Shown: positions 11,426 through 24,428, counted from the first letter of the whole stretch. The stretch: DNA of 63,757 nt, filler included, from Lama guanicoe (GCA_013239625.1; 188 parts of 188 records of this genome joined end to end with filler, not necessarily neighbours in it), one strand, 5' to 3'. Made by a program: numbers and translations. The notes: a model not told the origin generated them from the letters alone.

Positions 11426-13636
11426 NNNNNNNNNNNNNNNNNNNNNNNNNNNNNNNNNNNNNNNNNNNNTTAATTAATTAANNNNNNNNNNNNNNNNNNN
11501 NNNNNNNNNNNNNNNNNNNNNNNNNTAGTAACATGATCTCAATCCCATTTAACCAAAAACAAAAGAATTTTTAAGGTAAAGACTAAAAAAAAAATTCTCT
11601 ATTTTCCTGCCTCCCTCTTCCACTCTCAATGATTTGTATATGTTCTGGCAGAGTTTTGCAGGTTCTCTGCTTAGCTGAGTGAGTCTGTGGATGTGAGTCT
11701 TGGTGCATTTGTGTAAAAGGGTGAGCTACGAGCATCCTTCTGCTCTAACATCTTTGCCTCCCCCNNNNNNNNNNNNNNNNNNNNNNNNNNNNNNNNNNNN
11801 NNNNNNNNTTAATTAATTAANNNNNNNNNNNNNNNNNNNNNNNNNNNNNNNNNNNNNNNNNNNNCTTAAGTCTTAAAGTCCTAGTTTCAGGCCTCTCTGG
11901 CCATAGGGCTAGCCTATGGCCATAGGGCCAATTCAGACGAGATGCCGGTAAGCGCTGGGCTGTCCGTGCAGTGCCCTGCGACCTCTGGCCATGTCTCTGT
12001 CAGCTCACGCAGTTGTCCTCACTTGCCATTCTCAGGGGAGGCACACACTACAGCGGCGGAGGGATAGGTGCGAGCCCCAGGGTCCTTCCACCAATGCATC
12101 CCANNNNNNNNNNNNNNNNNNNNNNNNNNNNNNNNNNNNNNNNNNNNTTAATTAATTAANNNNNNNNNNNNNNNNNNNNNNNNNNNNNNNNNNNNNNNNN
12201 NNNTACAGACTGTTGAAGGGATTTCTGGTTCTCAGAGGTTATCATTTTAGTCAGAACCAAGGTGTACTTGTATTTCACCATGAATGGGGAGGGTTGGTAA
12301 GAAGCCACCCTTCCTACACCTGCTCCTGCAGCAGAGACACAAGGTGGGGTGACTGTGCAACTCTGCAAGGGAGTTCTGAAAGGAGGTCCCACATGAAGCA
12401 GAGACCCTTGCCTCTGAGGAATGGCAGGGCCTCTGTAGTGAGNNNNNNNNNNNNNNNNNNNNNNNNNNNNNNNNNNNNNNNNNNNNTTAATTAATTAANN
12501 NNNNNNNNNNNNNNNNNNNNNNNNNNNNNNNNNNNNNNNNNNTGGTGGCAGCAGAGCCAACACAAAACCCTTGGCCACAAGCTTTTCTGCCCAAACAGTC
12601 TGGGAACCCACAGCTGCATTTCAGGGCACGTTGGATCAAACAAATGTATTTCGAGTGTCAAAACAAAAATACCTGAAGGACCTCTCCTGAGGAAAACTTT
12701 TATCACTGTTCAATAGTCCTGTATTTATACTCAGTCAGTTCTCAAATCTGGCTGACACAATGGGACCAAGGAACACATAAGNNNNNNNNNNNNNNNNNNN
12801 NNNNNNNNNNNNNNNNNNNNNNNNNTTAATTAATTAANNNNNNNNNNNNNNNNNNNNNNNNNNNNNNNNNNNNNNNNNNNNTGTGCAATTCATGTAACCA
12901 ACTGTCTTGGCCTCAGGCCACTGAATATTTAAATCATGTAACTCATTCATCTGGGCTGGTGACAGCTTCACTGGGCAACCCACTGCCTACAGTCTGCTGT
13001 CTGGGCCTCCAGGGACCTAAGGGGTGGGCTGGTGACACGCGTCTACTCCTTTGGCAAGCGGGGCTCGCTGTACGTTCATCGATTGACTTTCTGGTTTTAT
13101 ACATCAGTGCCCGGAGTTGGNNNNNNNNNNNNNNNNNNNNNNNNNNNNNNNNNNNNNNNNNNNNTTAATTAATTAANNNNNNNNNNNNNNNNNNNNNNNN
13201 NNNNNNNNNNNNNNNNNNNNTTTTTTTTTAAATTGATGCATAGTCAGTTACAACGTGTCAACTTCTGGTGTACCTCACCATGTCCCAGCCTTGCACATGT
13301 TTTAATGTTCGAAAAAAAAGGTGTGCCTTTCACTCACTTTTCCTCTTTCACTCTCATAGTGCAAACAAGCATTGACCAGCCTGGACATCAGCACAGGTAG
13401 AAGAGGAGACCCACAGAAGGGTGGAAATGCTTCTTAGGACTCGGAACAGGCTCTCGGAGNNNNNNNNNNNNNNNNNNNNNNNNNNNNNNNNNNNNNNNNN
13501 NNNTTAATTAATTAANNNNNNNNNNNNNNNNNNNNNNNNNNNNNNNNNNNNNNNNNNNNTGATTTTTCTTTCAGATAATTTTTTGGTTTTGAGATGTCTA
13601 TTGTATATGAAAAATGCATAAAACTATAGATGATGA

Positions 13637-13675
13637 TAATAATTAATAATAATAAATAATAATAATAATAATAAA
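13637..13675. repeat. (AAT)n microsatellite, imperfect
   Basis: Directly visible. Confidence 0.9.
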
Positions 13676-15254
13676 CCTCCACTATATAAAACCACCCTAC
13701 AGCTTAAGAAGCTGGATATTCCCACTACCTCAGAAACTCCTACAGGACACTTCCCAATCGTATCTGTATCTCTCACTCTGAGAATTCAATCCTACTCTNN
13801 NNNNNNNNNNNNNNNNNNNNNNNNNNNNNNNNNNNNNNNNNNTTAATTAATTAANNNNNNNNNNNNNNNNNNNNNNNNNNNNNNNNNNNNNNNNNNNNAT
13901 TTCTTTAAATAAGCTTTCTGCCCCCTTCTCCCTCTGGAATGCTAATACTTTGCAAGTTGTTTCTTTTGATTGTATCCCATAGGTCTTATAGGCTTTCATC
14001 ATTCTTTTTTGTTTTCCTGACTGAATAATCTCAAAGTTCCCATCTTCTACCTCATAGATTCTTTATTCTGTGTGATCAGTTCTGATAGGAATGCTATTAT
14101 ATTCTTCACCTCATTTTATTTTTCTACTTCAGAATTTNNNNNNNNNNNNNNNNNNNNNNNNNNNNNNNNNNNNNNNNNNNNTTAATTAATTAANNNNNNN
14201 NNNNNNNNNNNNNNNNNNNNNNNNNNNNNNNNNNNNNAGGGTTAAAAACACAAGCAAGCTGCAGGGTTTTCCCCAGGGCTTCTGACATTCCTAACACATC
14301 AACTTTCCACCTAGAGAAACAACAGGTAATCAGGATTCTAAGGATAATAAATAGCTTGAAAAGATACATTGAATGGAACATGAGAGGGGGCTAAAAAGAA
14401 GGTTAAGAAGTTTTCGTCTCAAATTCTAAGCTCACAATTGGTAGATACTGGAAAACAGACTGTAACTTATTCCTATNNNNNNNNNNNNNNNNNNNNNNNN
14501 NNNNNNNNNNNNNNNNNNNNTTAATTAATTAANNNNNNNNNNNNNNNNNNNNNNNNNNNNNNNNNNNNNNNNNNNNTCAAATGGTAAACGAATAAGCAAG
14601 TCATAGCATATCATACAATGGAAAATTATTAAACACTTAAAAGGAACAAACTCCTGATATATGCAACAGTATGTGTGAATTACAAATGGATTATACTAAA
14701 TAGAGGAAGCCAGACTGAAAATAATCCCCCCAAACAAATAAAAAACCCTCCAAATAGCAATATGGAGGATGGCTGTATTCATAAAAAGCATGAACCATGG
14801 AAGAAAATGATAGTANNNNNNNNNNNNNNNNNNNNNNNNNNNNNNNNNNNNNNNNNNNNTTAATTAATTAANNNNNNNNNNNNNNNNNNNNNNNNNNNNN
14901 NNNNNNNNNNNNNNNAAATGGTGTCCTTTTTATTCAAGGCTTGGGCTCAATTAGTAAGAAAATCATAGAAATTTTCATTCTTTCATTGGACTGCCTGTTT
15001 TCTTTAAAAAGTTTCCAAGGAAATAACAGGAAACTGAGCACACCGCCTGCAAGGAGCGTCACTGTCCCGCGAGAAGCCAAGTCAGAGCACTTAGGATGCA
15101 CAGGGGGCGCGTGTGTTGCTAGGGGTGTCATGTTTGCTCCCGTTGAACTTACTANNNNNNNNNNNNNNNNNNNNNNNNNNNNNNNNNNNNNNNNNNNNTT
15201 AATTAATTAANNNNNNNNNNNNNNNNNNNNNNNNNNNNNNNNNNNNNNNNNNNN

Positions 15255-15281
15255 ATGATGATGATGATGATGATGATGATG
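15255..15281. repeat. (ATG)9 microsatellite at contig start, followed by an antisense MIR-like segment
   Basis: Directly visible. Confidence 0.9.
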
Positions 15282-18200
15282 GCAACCCAGGGCACATCCT
15301 TTGATGATCATTGTGCTAAGGGCTTAATTCACATTATCTCACTTGTAAGACAATCAATCGTAAAAAGATCTGTATCATAGGTAACTTTACAAAGAATGAA
15401 ACTGTGGCTTGGAGAAGTTAAGCAATTTTCCCAAGACAGCAAGAGGCAGAGCCAGGACTCAGACCTGTCTTGGAACCAGAACAAAAGTGCACANNNNNNN
15501 NNNNNNNNNNNNNNNNNNNNNNNNNNNNNNNNNNNNNTTAATTAATTAANNNNNNNNNNNNNNNNNNNNNNNNNNNNNNNNNNNNNNNNNNNNAAAAAAA
15601 AATCTGAATTTAGCTGGTCATTATCATTGTTTCCTCAATCTCTATCCAACTTACTTTTTGTTTCTTCCAATGGGATAAAGAGCCATTGCTCTGAACAACT
15701 AGACCAAAAGCATTTACAAGGCCATTCACATGAAATGTTTCATTATTTTAGTATAATCTCCCAAATTATAAACAGCTCCAGAAAAAGAAGTGGGAGTGAA
15801 GGTGGACAAGGGAGAGATGTAACTTTCCTGCCNNNNNNNNNNNNNNNNNNNNNNNNNNNNNNNNNNNNNNNNNNNNTTAATTAATTAANNNNNNNNNNNN
15901 NNNNNNNNNNNNNNNNNNNNNNNNNNNNNNNNCTACATTCCACCAGATGGGTGGTCTGAGGCCAATCTTTGCTCTGGTCCCGGACTCCTCACTGTGTGAG
16001 CCAGTCCTCACACCCGCTTACACACTGGCATATCCCCACTGCCCTTCTCACCTTCAGGATCTGCCTAGGTGGGCTTCAGGCGATCCAGCTGACTCACAGG
16101 AAGGTTGGCCTTGTACTCCAGGTTGAAGCCATGTGTGCTGAGCTGCCCCTCATTGCCAGGTAGGACCCTGGNNNNNNNNNNNNNNNNNNNNNNNNNNNNN
16201 NNNNNNNNNNNNNNNTTAATTAATTAANNNNNNNNNNNNNNNNNNNNNNNNNNNNNNNNNNNNNNNNNNNNCTTGAAGGTCCTATATACTGAGCAAATAT
16301 CAGAACTGTGGTTTCTTAGTAAAAACTCTTTAAGAGTGAGCACAAAGTGTTTGCATTCAGCTAAATGAATATTTCTTGAATGCTTCCCATGATCCAAAAA
16401 AAAGACCAGTGACGTGAGATACAATAATAGATGAGAAAATATGTCTGTATATTATATGGGCCTAAAAGTCTTAGAATAAACTTGTGCATCAAAAAGTTCC
16501 TTCCTTTTAGANNNNNNNNNNNNNNNNNNNNNNNNNNNNNNNNNNNNNNNNNNNNTTAATTAATTAANNNNNNNNNNNNNNNNNNNNNNNNNNNNNNNNN
16601 NNNNNNNNNNNCTAAAATACTAACAGGGAGAAAGAAATAATGTGGAAAGAGTTCAGATATGTAGCTTTCAGTGGATTTCATTTGATGGAGGTTACAGTTT
16701 AAGAAATGTACAGTAGTGAATAGGAAGTATCACCTTTGATCCATACACTTTGTTTGCCTCAGACTGATAAGCAAAGCAGATATCTTAAAAGTATACTTAT
16801 ACTTTAATTTAGGTATTTGGATGAGATGAGAAAAATTATGCATATATATANNNNNNNNNNNNNNNNNNNNNNNNNNNNNNNNNNNNNNNNNNNNTTAATT
16901 AATTAANNNNNNNNNNNNNNNNNNNNNNNNNNNNNNNNNNNNNNNNNNNNCACATGGCGCTAACCCAGCTCAGGATGACAGCGACCTCCCAGAAAGCGCG
17001 CTCGGAGGAGGAAAAGACCGCGCCGGCAAGAGCGAGGGCGCCTTAGTTGGGCCTGCAGCAAACTGAATAGCAACATTACATGACGATTTTCTTACAGGGC
17101 TTAAAAGTTTCCAAGCCAGTCTGAAAATAGCCTTTTACTAAGGATCGGGGTAGGTCTCCCAGGCTCGGTCATTCTTTCCAAAGCTTAATTNNNNNNNNNN
17201 NNNNNNNNNNNNNNNNNNNNNNNNNNNNNNNNNNTTAATTAATTAANNNNNNNNNNNNNNNNNNNNNNNNNNNNNNNNNNNNNNNNNNNNCCTAATGACT
17301 CAGAGCCACCAGCCCTGTCTCTCCAGCCTCATCCCTGCCATATCTGTCCTCAAAAGACTCACCACTACCAGGTGTTACACTGTAGGTGTATTTGCTGGGT
17401 GGCGTGCTCTCTGTTTGACCGACAGAGTGAGCAGCAGCAACTACAAAGAGATGGCCAATAAAAGCCACTGGAGGAGCTGACGGATGTGTGGTTGCTGGCT
17501 GCAGCCGGCAGGCCACATGAGCACGTGTCTNNNNNNNNNNNNNNNNNNNNNNNNNNNNNNNNNNNNNNNNNNNNTTAATTAATTAANNNNNNNNNNNNNN
17601 NNNNNNNNNNNNNNNNNNNNNNNNNNNNNNTTTAAGTGATTCTGTTTAATGGAAATCAGGAAAGAAAAAAGGGTAACTAGGAAGTGTTTCATACCATGCA
17701 TGGACCCTAATATTCACATAAATTGGAGAGGATGCTAGGAACTGAGAACACTCTGTGTAAGGAAATACTAGAAGCAAGTCCTCCAAAACGTTCTGAGGAA
17801 CCCGAATATATTTAAAGTAATGAAAATACGAAGAGTGCCCTATTTCAGTCACTAATTTGACAGGTTAAGNNNNNNNNNNNNNNNNNNNNNNNNNNNNNNN
17901 NNNNNNNNNNNNNTTAATTAATTAANNNNNNNNNNNNNNNNNNNNNNNNNNNNNNNNNNNNNNNNNNNNTAGTTTTTGTGACTCACTTGTAAATTTTTGG
18001 CTTGTGCTTATCCTTTTTCTCTAAGTCTATTAACCCAGTTTGCATCTGTTTGAATTAAACAGATAATAATATAGGCCCAAACCCATCTTATCAAGAACAA
18101 AAATTGAAAAAAAGCAACTCTATATTTTCTTGGTTCCGTCTCCCCCTCTTAATGATTTAGATATCTTCTTTTACAAGTTTGTTTTCATTCTATTTGTAAT

Positions 18201-19669
18201 TCATGGTGGNNNNNNNNNNNNNNNNNNNNNNNNNNNNNNNNNNNNNNNNNNNNTTAATTAATTAANNNNNNNNNNNNNNNNNNNNNNNNNNNNNNNNNNN
18301 NNNNNNNNNAAAAATTGTGTGTCTCATTCACATTTCTCTTTAATATTTTTGACAGTCTTCAATTGTAAAATAAACACACTGAAACGCATCATTTGCTGTA
18401 TTTTGACACGTTGGGTATAAACTGTTTACCAATGTGCCCGGGAGAAACTGGTCTTATGAAAACCCCAGAACTGACGTTTTCTTGCAATCTCCATGCATAT
18501 ACCCGAATCGACGAAAATGCGCCCTTGATCAGGAAATGTGTGGCTCTGCNNNNNNNNNNNNNNNNNNNNNNNNNNNNNNNNNNNNNNNNNNNNTTAATTA
18601 ATTAANNNNNNNNNNNNNNNNNNNNNNNNNNNNNNNNNNNNNNNNNNNNTTCATTCTCAGAATCCTGAATGGAGCTTCTGTAATACAAATGCATCTTTCT
18701 CTTGCTATTAATGATTGCTTTTCATAGCAAAACATCAGTGAATTATTATTAAAAACAACAACAGCAGCAACAGAAACAACAAAAAACCCTTCATGTGAAG
18801 GTAAAGACAGAAAAAAACACAGGTGATGGTATCATGGGTATTTGCATATGTCCAAACTCATCAAATTGTACACTTTGAATATGTGAAGTNNNNNNNNNNN
18901 NNNNNNNNNNNNNNNNNNNNNNNNNNNNNNNNNTTAATTAATTAANNNNNNNNNNNNNNNNNNNNNNNNNNNNNNNNNNNNNNNNNNNNTCTCCCACTGG
19001 GCTCTTTCCAGCTCTCATCTTCCATAAACCCTCAGTGCCGTCAGCATGCAGTTTAAATTGAGGCACTTTGTGAAATAGTTTCAGTCTAGAAGCCCATTTT
19101 AATTTTCTTCGAGTCAAAAAATAAAGACTAAGCTAAAACCCTTCGACCTGCTTCTGCATGTTTATTCAGTGGCTCGCATGCTGCTGTGCTTCAGATGCCA
19201 AGGTAAACCCACGTCTGTCCTGACGTCAGNNNNNNNNNNNNNNNNNNNNNNNNNNNNNNNNNNNNNNNNNNNNTTAATTAATTAANNNNNNNNNNNNNNN
19301 NNNNNNNNNNNNNNNNNNNNNNNNNNNNNAATTGTCTCTACCCAGTGAGGTCTGTTACACTCACAGTGAAGGCTTCAGCGCTTGTGAAAGCCAGCCAGTT
19401 TTGCTTGGCTTTGGGGGGACCAAGGCAAGGGATGCTGTATGACAAACCCTTCACCATGAATGTGAACACAAGCAAAGTCTGCAGCCTTCAGGGATGATGG
19501 GTGAGCCTTTATTGTGTGCATAGGGTTAAAAGTAAACCCCCTACTTTTAGTAGAAGGTACATTTTTGTCNNNNNNNNNNNNNNNNNNNNNNNNNNNNNNN
19601 NNNNNNNNNNNNNTTAATTAATTAANNNNNNNNNNNNNNNNNNNNNNNNNNNNNNNNNNNNNNNNNNNN

Positions 19670-19908
19670 CCAGTCATCTGTCAATGGACATTTAGGTTGC
19701 TTCCAAGTCTTGACTATTATAAAGAGTGTTGCTGTGAACATTGGGGTGCATGTATCTATTTGAGTTAGAGTTCTCTTTGGATATTTGCTCAAATTGGGTT
19801 TGCTGGATCACATGGCAAGTCTATTTTTAGTCTTTTGAGGAATTTCCATACAGTAGATATAGTAAACAATCTAGTGGCTATGTAGGAATGGATACATTTG
19901 GGAGTTTG
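19670..19908. mobile_element. LINE-1 fragment: antisense ORF2 end (19670-19854) joined to a sense 3' UTR-like segment (19855-19908)
   Basis: Left part matches antisense L1 as at 35646 and 46186. Right part, agatatagtaaacaatc...ggaatggatacatttgggagtttg, resembles sense 3' UTR as at 46525-46590 and 679. Confidence 0.75.
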
Positions 19909-20348
19909 NNNNNNNNNNNNNNNNNNNNNNNNNNNNNNNNNNNNNNNNNNNNTTAATTAATTAANNNNNNNNNNNNNNNNNNNNNNNNNNNNNNNNNNNN
20001 NNNNNNNNTTGCTCCAGGATGATAGCCTGTGGACAACATCTCTCCCAGTGCTGGGTCTGTCACCCCCACCCTCAAAATGATGCCTGTAGTTTAAAGGTAT
20101 TACATTCTACCCTGAGAATAACAACTTCACTCTCACCTTGGCTAACGGGTCTGCTGAGCCTATGCCTCTCGAATTCCACATCCCGTTAGTAATTCAGCTT
20201 CCCTGCTTGGCCTTCACCCCCACGTTAACCTCTCTACTGAATGCAAAGNNNNNNNNNNNNNNNNNNNNNNNNNNNNNNNNNNNNNNNNNNNNTTAATTAA
20301 TTAANNNNNNNNNNNNNNNNNNNNNNNNNNNNNNNNNNNNNNNNNNNN

Positions 20349-20588
20349 CCTCTGGTAATCACTACTCTGTTCTCTGTATCTATTTGTTCATTTTTTTTGG
20401 TTTTCTTTGTTCATTTAGGTTTTCTCTTTTTTTCATTCCACTTATGGGTAAGACCACATGGTATTTCTCTTTCTCCATCTGAATTATTTCACTTAGCATA
20501 ATATCCTCAAGGTTCATCTGTGTTGTTGCAAATGGCATGATATCTATATCTATATCTATATCTATATCTCACATCTTCTTTATCCATT
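20349..20588 (-). mobile_element. LINE-1 3' UTR fragment with internal (TATATC)n
   Basis: ctctggtaatcactactctgttctctgtatct...ttatttcacttagcataatatcctcaaggttcatc...gcaaatggca. Confidence 0.9.
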
Positions 20589-21368
20589 NNNNNNNNNNNN
20601 NNNNNNNNNNNNNNNNNNNNNNNNNNNNNNNNTTAATTAATTAANNNNNNNNNNNNNNNNNNNNNNNNNNNNNNNNNNNNNNNNNNNNTGCTGGGTTTCC
20701 CAGTGTGGCCACATGTGTGCCTCCCAGCAAGCACATCCTGTGGCATAAACGAAGGTTGCAAGGTGCTTTGCAAAAATTTTAAGGTCACTCAATTGCAAAA
20801 GTTATCCGTTGACGACTATGGTTCCAGCATTCCAGCACAGACTCCATCTAGTAATTTTTAAGAGGCATGTAAACAGGGATGGCTGCTGGGCTGGTAGATG
20901 TTAGAGCAGGGATGGGGCAAAAAGGAACNNNNNNNNNNNNNNNNNNNNNNNNNNNNNNNNNNNNNNNNNNNNTTAATTAATTAANNNNNNNNNNNNNNNN
21001 NNNNNNNNNNNNNNNNNNNNNNNNNNNNGTAAGAGGAACGTGGACAGGCAGGAAAGCAGAGGAGTCAGCACTTGATGACCCAGTGAGGGTGAAAGAGGGT
21101 CAGGGAGGCTGGTGGAGAAGAAGCTGGATGGCTAGAGGTGGGCACTTAAAGGAGAGAGGCTGGACCTGGGGTGGAGACGCACCCGGGTATGAGCCTGGAG
21201 GTAGGATAATGGGGGTTGGCTGGCTCAAGCTGATGGAGAAGAAGACCCTAAAATGACCATACTGGGTGNNNNNNNNNNNNNNNNNNNNNNNNNNNNNNNN
21301 NNNNNNNNNNNNTTAATTAATTAANNNNNNNNNNNNNNNNNNNNNNNNNNNNNNNNNNNNNNNNNNNN

Positions 21369-21569
21369 GAGGAAGATGTACATGGGGCTGTGGAGCTGGG
21401 GATCCAGCCGGGACACCAGGATGATGGAAATGTTCCCCAACATGGCCAGAACATAGGACACCAGGAGGACTACAAAGAGAGGGAGCTGCAGCCATGGCTT
21501 GTCAGAAACACCCAGAAGGACAAAGTCCTCAGGAGGGTCCCCCCAAAAGCTCTGGTTGTCACTTCTCAT
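21369..21569 (-). CDS. OR2B11: Olfactory receptor, OR2B11-like, N-terminal 67 codons (cut by contig end)
   Basis: MRSDNQSFWGDPPEDFVLLGVSDKPWLQLPLFVVLLVSYVLAMLGNISIILVSRLDPQLHSPMYIFL has the N-glycosylation site NQS, the FxLLG motif, TM1 ending GN, and LHSPMY. It closely resembles the recalled OR2B11 N-terminus. ATG at 21569; OR family is secure, exact orthologue less so. Confidence 0.9.
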
Positions 21570-21764
21570 GCTGAGGCATTTTCTGGCACCTGTGATCAAT
21601 CGAGAAAGNNNNNNNNNNNNNNNNNNNNNNNNNNNNNNNNNNNNNNNNNNNNTTAATTAATTAANNNNNNNNNNNNNNNNNNNNNNNNNNNNNNNNNNNN
21701 NNNNNNNNGGAAGGTCCCACTCAGCCCTTCCGACTAGCGAGGAGCGAAGGAGGCAGAGACAGGC

Positions 21765-21907
21765 AGGCAGACGGACGGACGAGCGGGGAGTGACGGAGGA
21801 AGGCAGACGGACGGACGAGCGGGGAGTGACGGAGGAGACAGAAAAGGTTCGTCTGTCCTGCCTCGTCCTGGGAGGAGACAGAAAAGGTTCGTCCTGCCTC
21901 GTCCTGC
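21765..21907. repeat. Compound minisatellite: perfect 36-bp duplication (21765-21800, 21801-21836) overlapping a ~40-bp duplication (starts 21831, 21871)
   Basis: aggcagacggacggacgagcggggagtgacggagga x2; ggaggagacagaaaaggttcgtc...cctgcctcgtcctg x2. Confidence 0.92.
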
Positions 21908-22048
21908 CTCTGAACCTACAACCTCCTGCATGCTAGGCCTACACTCTANNNNNNNNNNNNNNNNNNNNNNNNNNNNNNNNNNNNNNNNNNNNTTAATTAA
22001 TTAANNNNNNNNNNNNNNNNNNNNNNNNNNNNNNNNNNNNNNNNNNNN

Positions 22049-22288
22049 AGTTTTGTGAAAAATGTCCTAGGTAATTTGACAGGGATCACATTAAATCTGT
22101 AGATTGTTTGGGGTATTATGGCCATTTTTACAATATTAATTCTTCCAATCCAAGAGTATGAGTTATCTTTCTATTTCTCTTCTATTTCTAATCATCTTTA
22201 ATTTCCTTAATCAGTGTTTCATAGTTCTTTGCTTATAAGTCTTTCACCTCTTTGGTTAGGTTTATTCTTAAGTATTTTATTTTATTTT
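22049..22288 (-). mobile_element. LINE-1 ORF2 fragment
   Basis: aatctgtagattg...ggccattttta...ttcttccaatccaagag...aagtctttcacctctttggttaggtttattct. Confidence 0.9.
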
Positions 22289-22388
22289 NNNNNNNNNNNN
22301 NNNNNNNNNNNNNNNNNNNNNNNNNNNNNNNNTTAATTAATTAANNNNNNNNNNNNNNNNNNNNNNNNNNNNNNNNNNNNNNNNNNNN

Positions 22389-22628
22389 GTTTATAGCGAT
22401 ACAGGCCTTCCTCTAAAAAGAAGAACAATCTCAAATACACAATTTAACCCACCAACTAAAAGTACTAGGAAAAGAAGAACAAAAAAACCCAAAAGGAAGC
22501 AGAAGGAAGGAAATTATAAAGATCATGGAAGAAATAAATAAAATAGAGATTTTAAAAAACATGGAAAAAATCAATCAAGCCAAAAGCTGGTTTTTTCAAA
22601 AAGTAAATAAAATCGACAAACCTCTGGC
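22389..22628 (+). mobile_element. LINE-1 ORF2 fragment just downstream of the endonuclease domain, with one in-frame stop
   Basis: Translates as FIAIQAFL*KEEQSQIHNLTHQLKVLGKEEQKNPKGSRRKEIIKIMEEINKIE...KINQAKSWFFQKVNKIDKPL. Confidence 0.95.
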
Positions 22629-24428
22629 NNNNNNNNNNNNNNNNNNNNNNNNNNNNNNNNNNNNNNNNNNNNTTAATTAATTAANNNNNNNNNNNNNNNN
22701 NNNNNNNNNNNNNNNNNNNNNNNNNNNNGCTGGGATCACAAAGTGTGAATTCTAATTCTTGCAAGAAAGGATATAGTATAAGAAACCTATAATGGAAAAG
22801 AATATATGTATATAAATGTAAAACTGAATTACTGTGCTGTCCACCAGAAATTAACACAACACTGTAAATCAAATGTACTTCAATAAAAAGAAGCCAGTAG
22901 GGAAAAGTAGAGGATGATATATAAAATAGGGGTGGCAGAAGTAAGCCAAGACGTATTTTATGACATAANNNNNNNNNNNNNNNNNNNNNNNNNNNNNNNN
23001 NNNNNNNNNNNNTTAATTAATTAANNNNNNNNNNNNNNNNNNNNNNNNNNNNNNNNNNNNNNNNNNNNCAAACTATGTAATGGGGATGAAAAACACCCAA
23101 ATAACAGATAGAAAGAAAATATTTGCAAATCATAGAATTTATGAATGATGAATTGAGGGTGTATCTCAACAGGCTGAACTCTAAAGAGTAAAAAGAAAAA
23201 AGAAATGACAAGAAGAACTTACTTAGAGAATGGCCAGTGGGCTAGAACAAATATTTTGTGGAAGAGCACAGATGAGTGTCCATGAGCACATGAACAGCCC
23301 TCCCTTATNNNNNNNNNNNNNNNNNNNNNNNNNNNNNNNNNNNNNNNNNNNNTTAATTAATTAANNNNNNNNNNNNNNNNNNNNNNNNNNNNNNNNNNNN
23401 NNNNNNNNCCGGTGCATGGGTGGATGTGGAGTGAAGAAGAGGGAGCAGTGGAGGACAACTCCTGGTTTCAGGTTTGTGACACAGAGGACCGGGGTGTCAG
23501 TACTGAGCCACTGGGGAAGAGGCTGTTTGTAAGCAGAGGAGGGCAGGGTAGGATGGTCATGTGACTTCTTGGGCCAGCCAATTACCTAATGTCCTTCTCC
23601 TTAGCAGGTGCTAAGTCCTTGAGGGCAGAGACAGTGTCTTGCCATCTTNNNNNNNNNNNNNNNNNNNNNNNNNNNNNNNNNNNNNNNNNNNNTTAATTAA
23701 TTAANNNNNNNNNNNNNNNNNNNNNNNNNNNNNNNNNNNNNNNNNNNNGGCTGTCAAACTGCTGTTTAAAAACATAGCTTCTAACATTTAATCACACTAA
23801 GATAATTCTCCAAAACATATTTGTTACAGAAAGTGTCAAGAGTCAAGACTTTGTTACAGAAAGTGTCAACATATTATTTTCCAGAGTTGATAACCAGATC
23901 CTACGTCTTAGAAAGAAAATTCTATCTAAGAAAGGAGGGAAGGAGATGGTAACCTTAGCCCCAGTACTTGGCATGTCCCCCCGTCCCCNNNNNNNNNNNN
24001 NNNNNNNNNNNNNNNNNNNNNNNNNNNNNNNNTTAATTAATTAANNNNNNNNNNNNNNNNNNNNNNNNNNNNNNNNNNNNNNNNNNNNTTCCGAGATCTC
24101 ACCCAGAAATTCCTTGTATGCCAGGCTACTACCTACTGCCTGGCCAACCAGCTGCAGAAATACGGTAAGTCCTAAGGGTCGTGGTCACCAACTGGTGAAT
24201 GATCACTTTCTTCCCTCTCAGAAACTGAAACTCTCCAGACTTTATCTTGCACCCCTTTGTCAGTATAGGTGTCATGCTGACCACAAACAAGGCAGGAAAG
24301 GCAGAAGTAGCTATTTGACCCTCAAGTCNNNNNNNNNNNNNNNNNNNNNNNNNNNNNNNNNNNNNNNNNNNNTTAATTAATTAANNNNNNNNNNNNNNNN
24401 NNNNNNNNNNNNNNNNNNNNNNNNNNNN

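Noticed and set aside
15933..16171. Possible minus-strand exon ending in AAG|GTGAGA
   Set aside because: The longest frame has a TAG shortly before the donor, the other frames are closed, and I recognised no homology.
23820..23869. 20-bp direct repeat tttgttacagaaagtgtcaa, 30 nt apart
   Set aside because: An ordinary small local duplication with no further structure.
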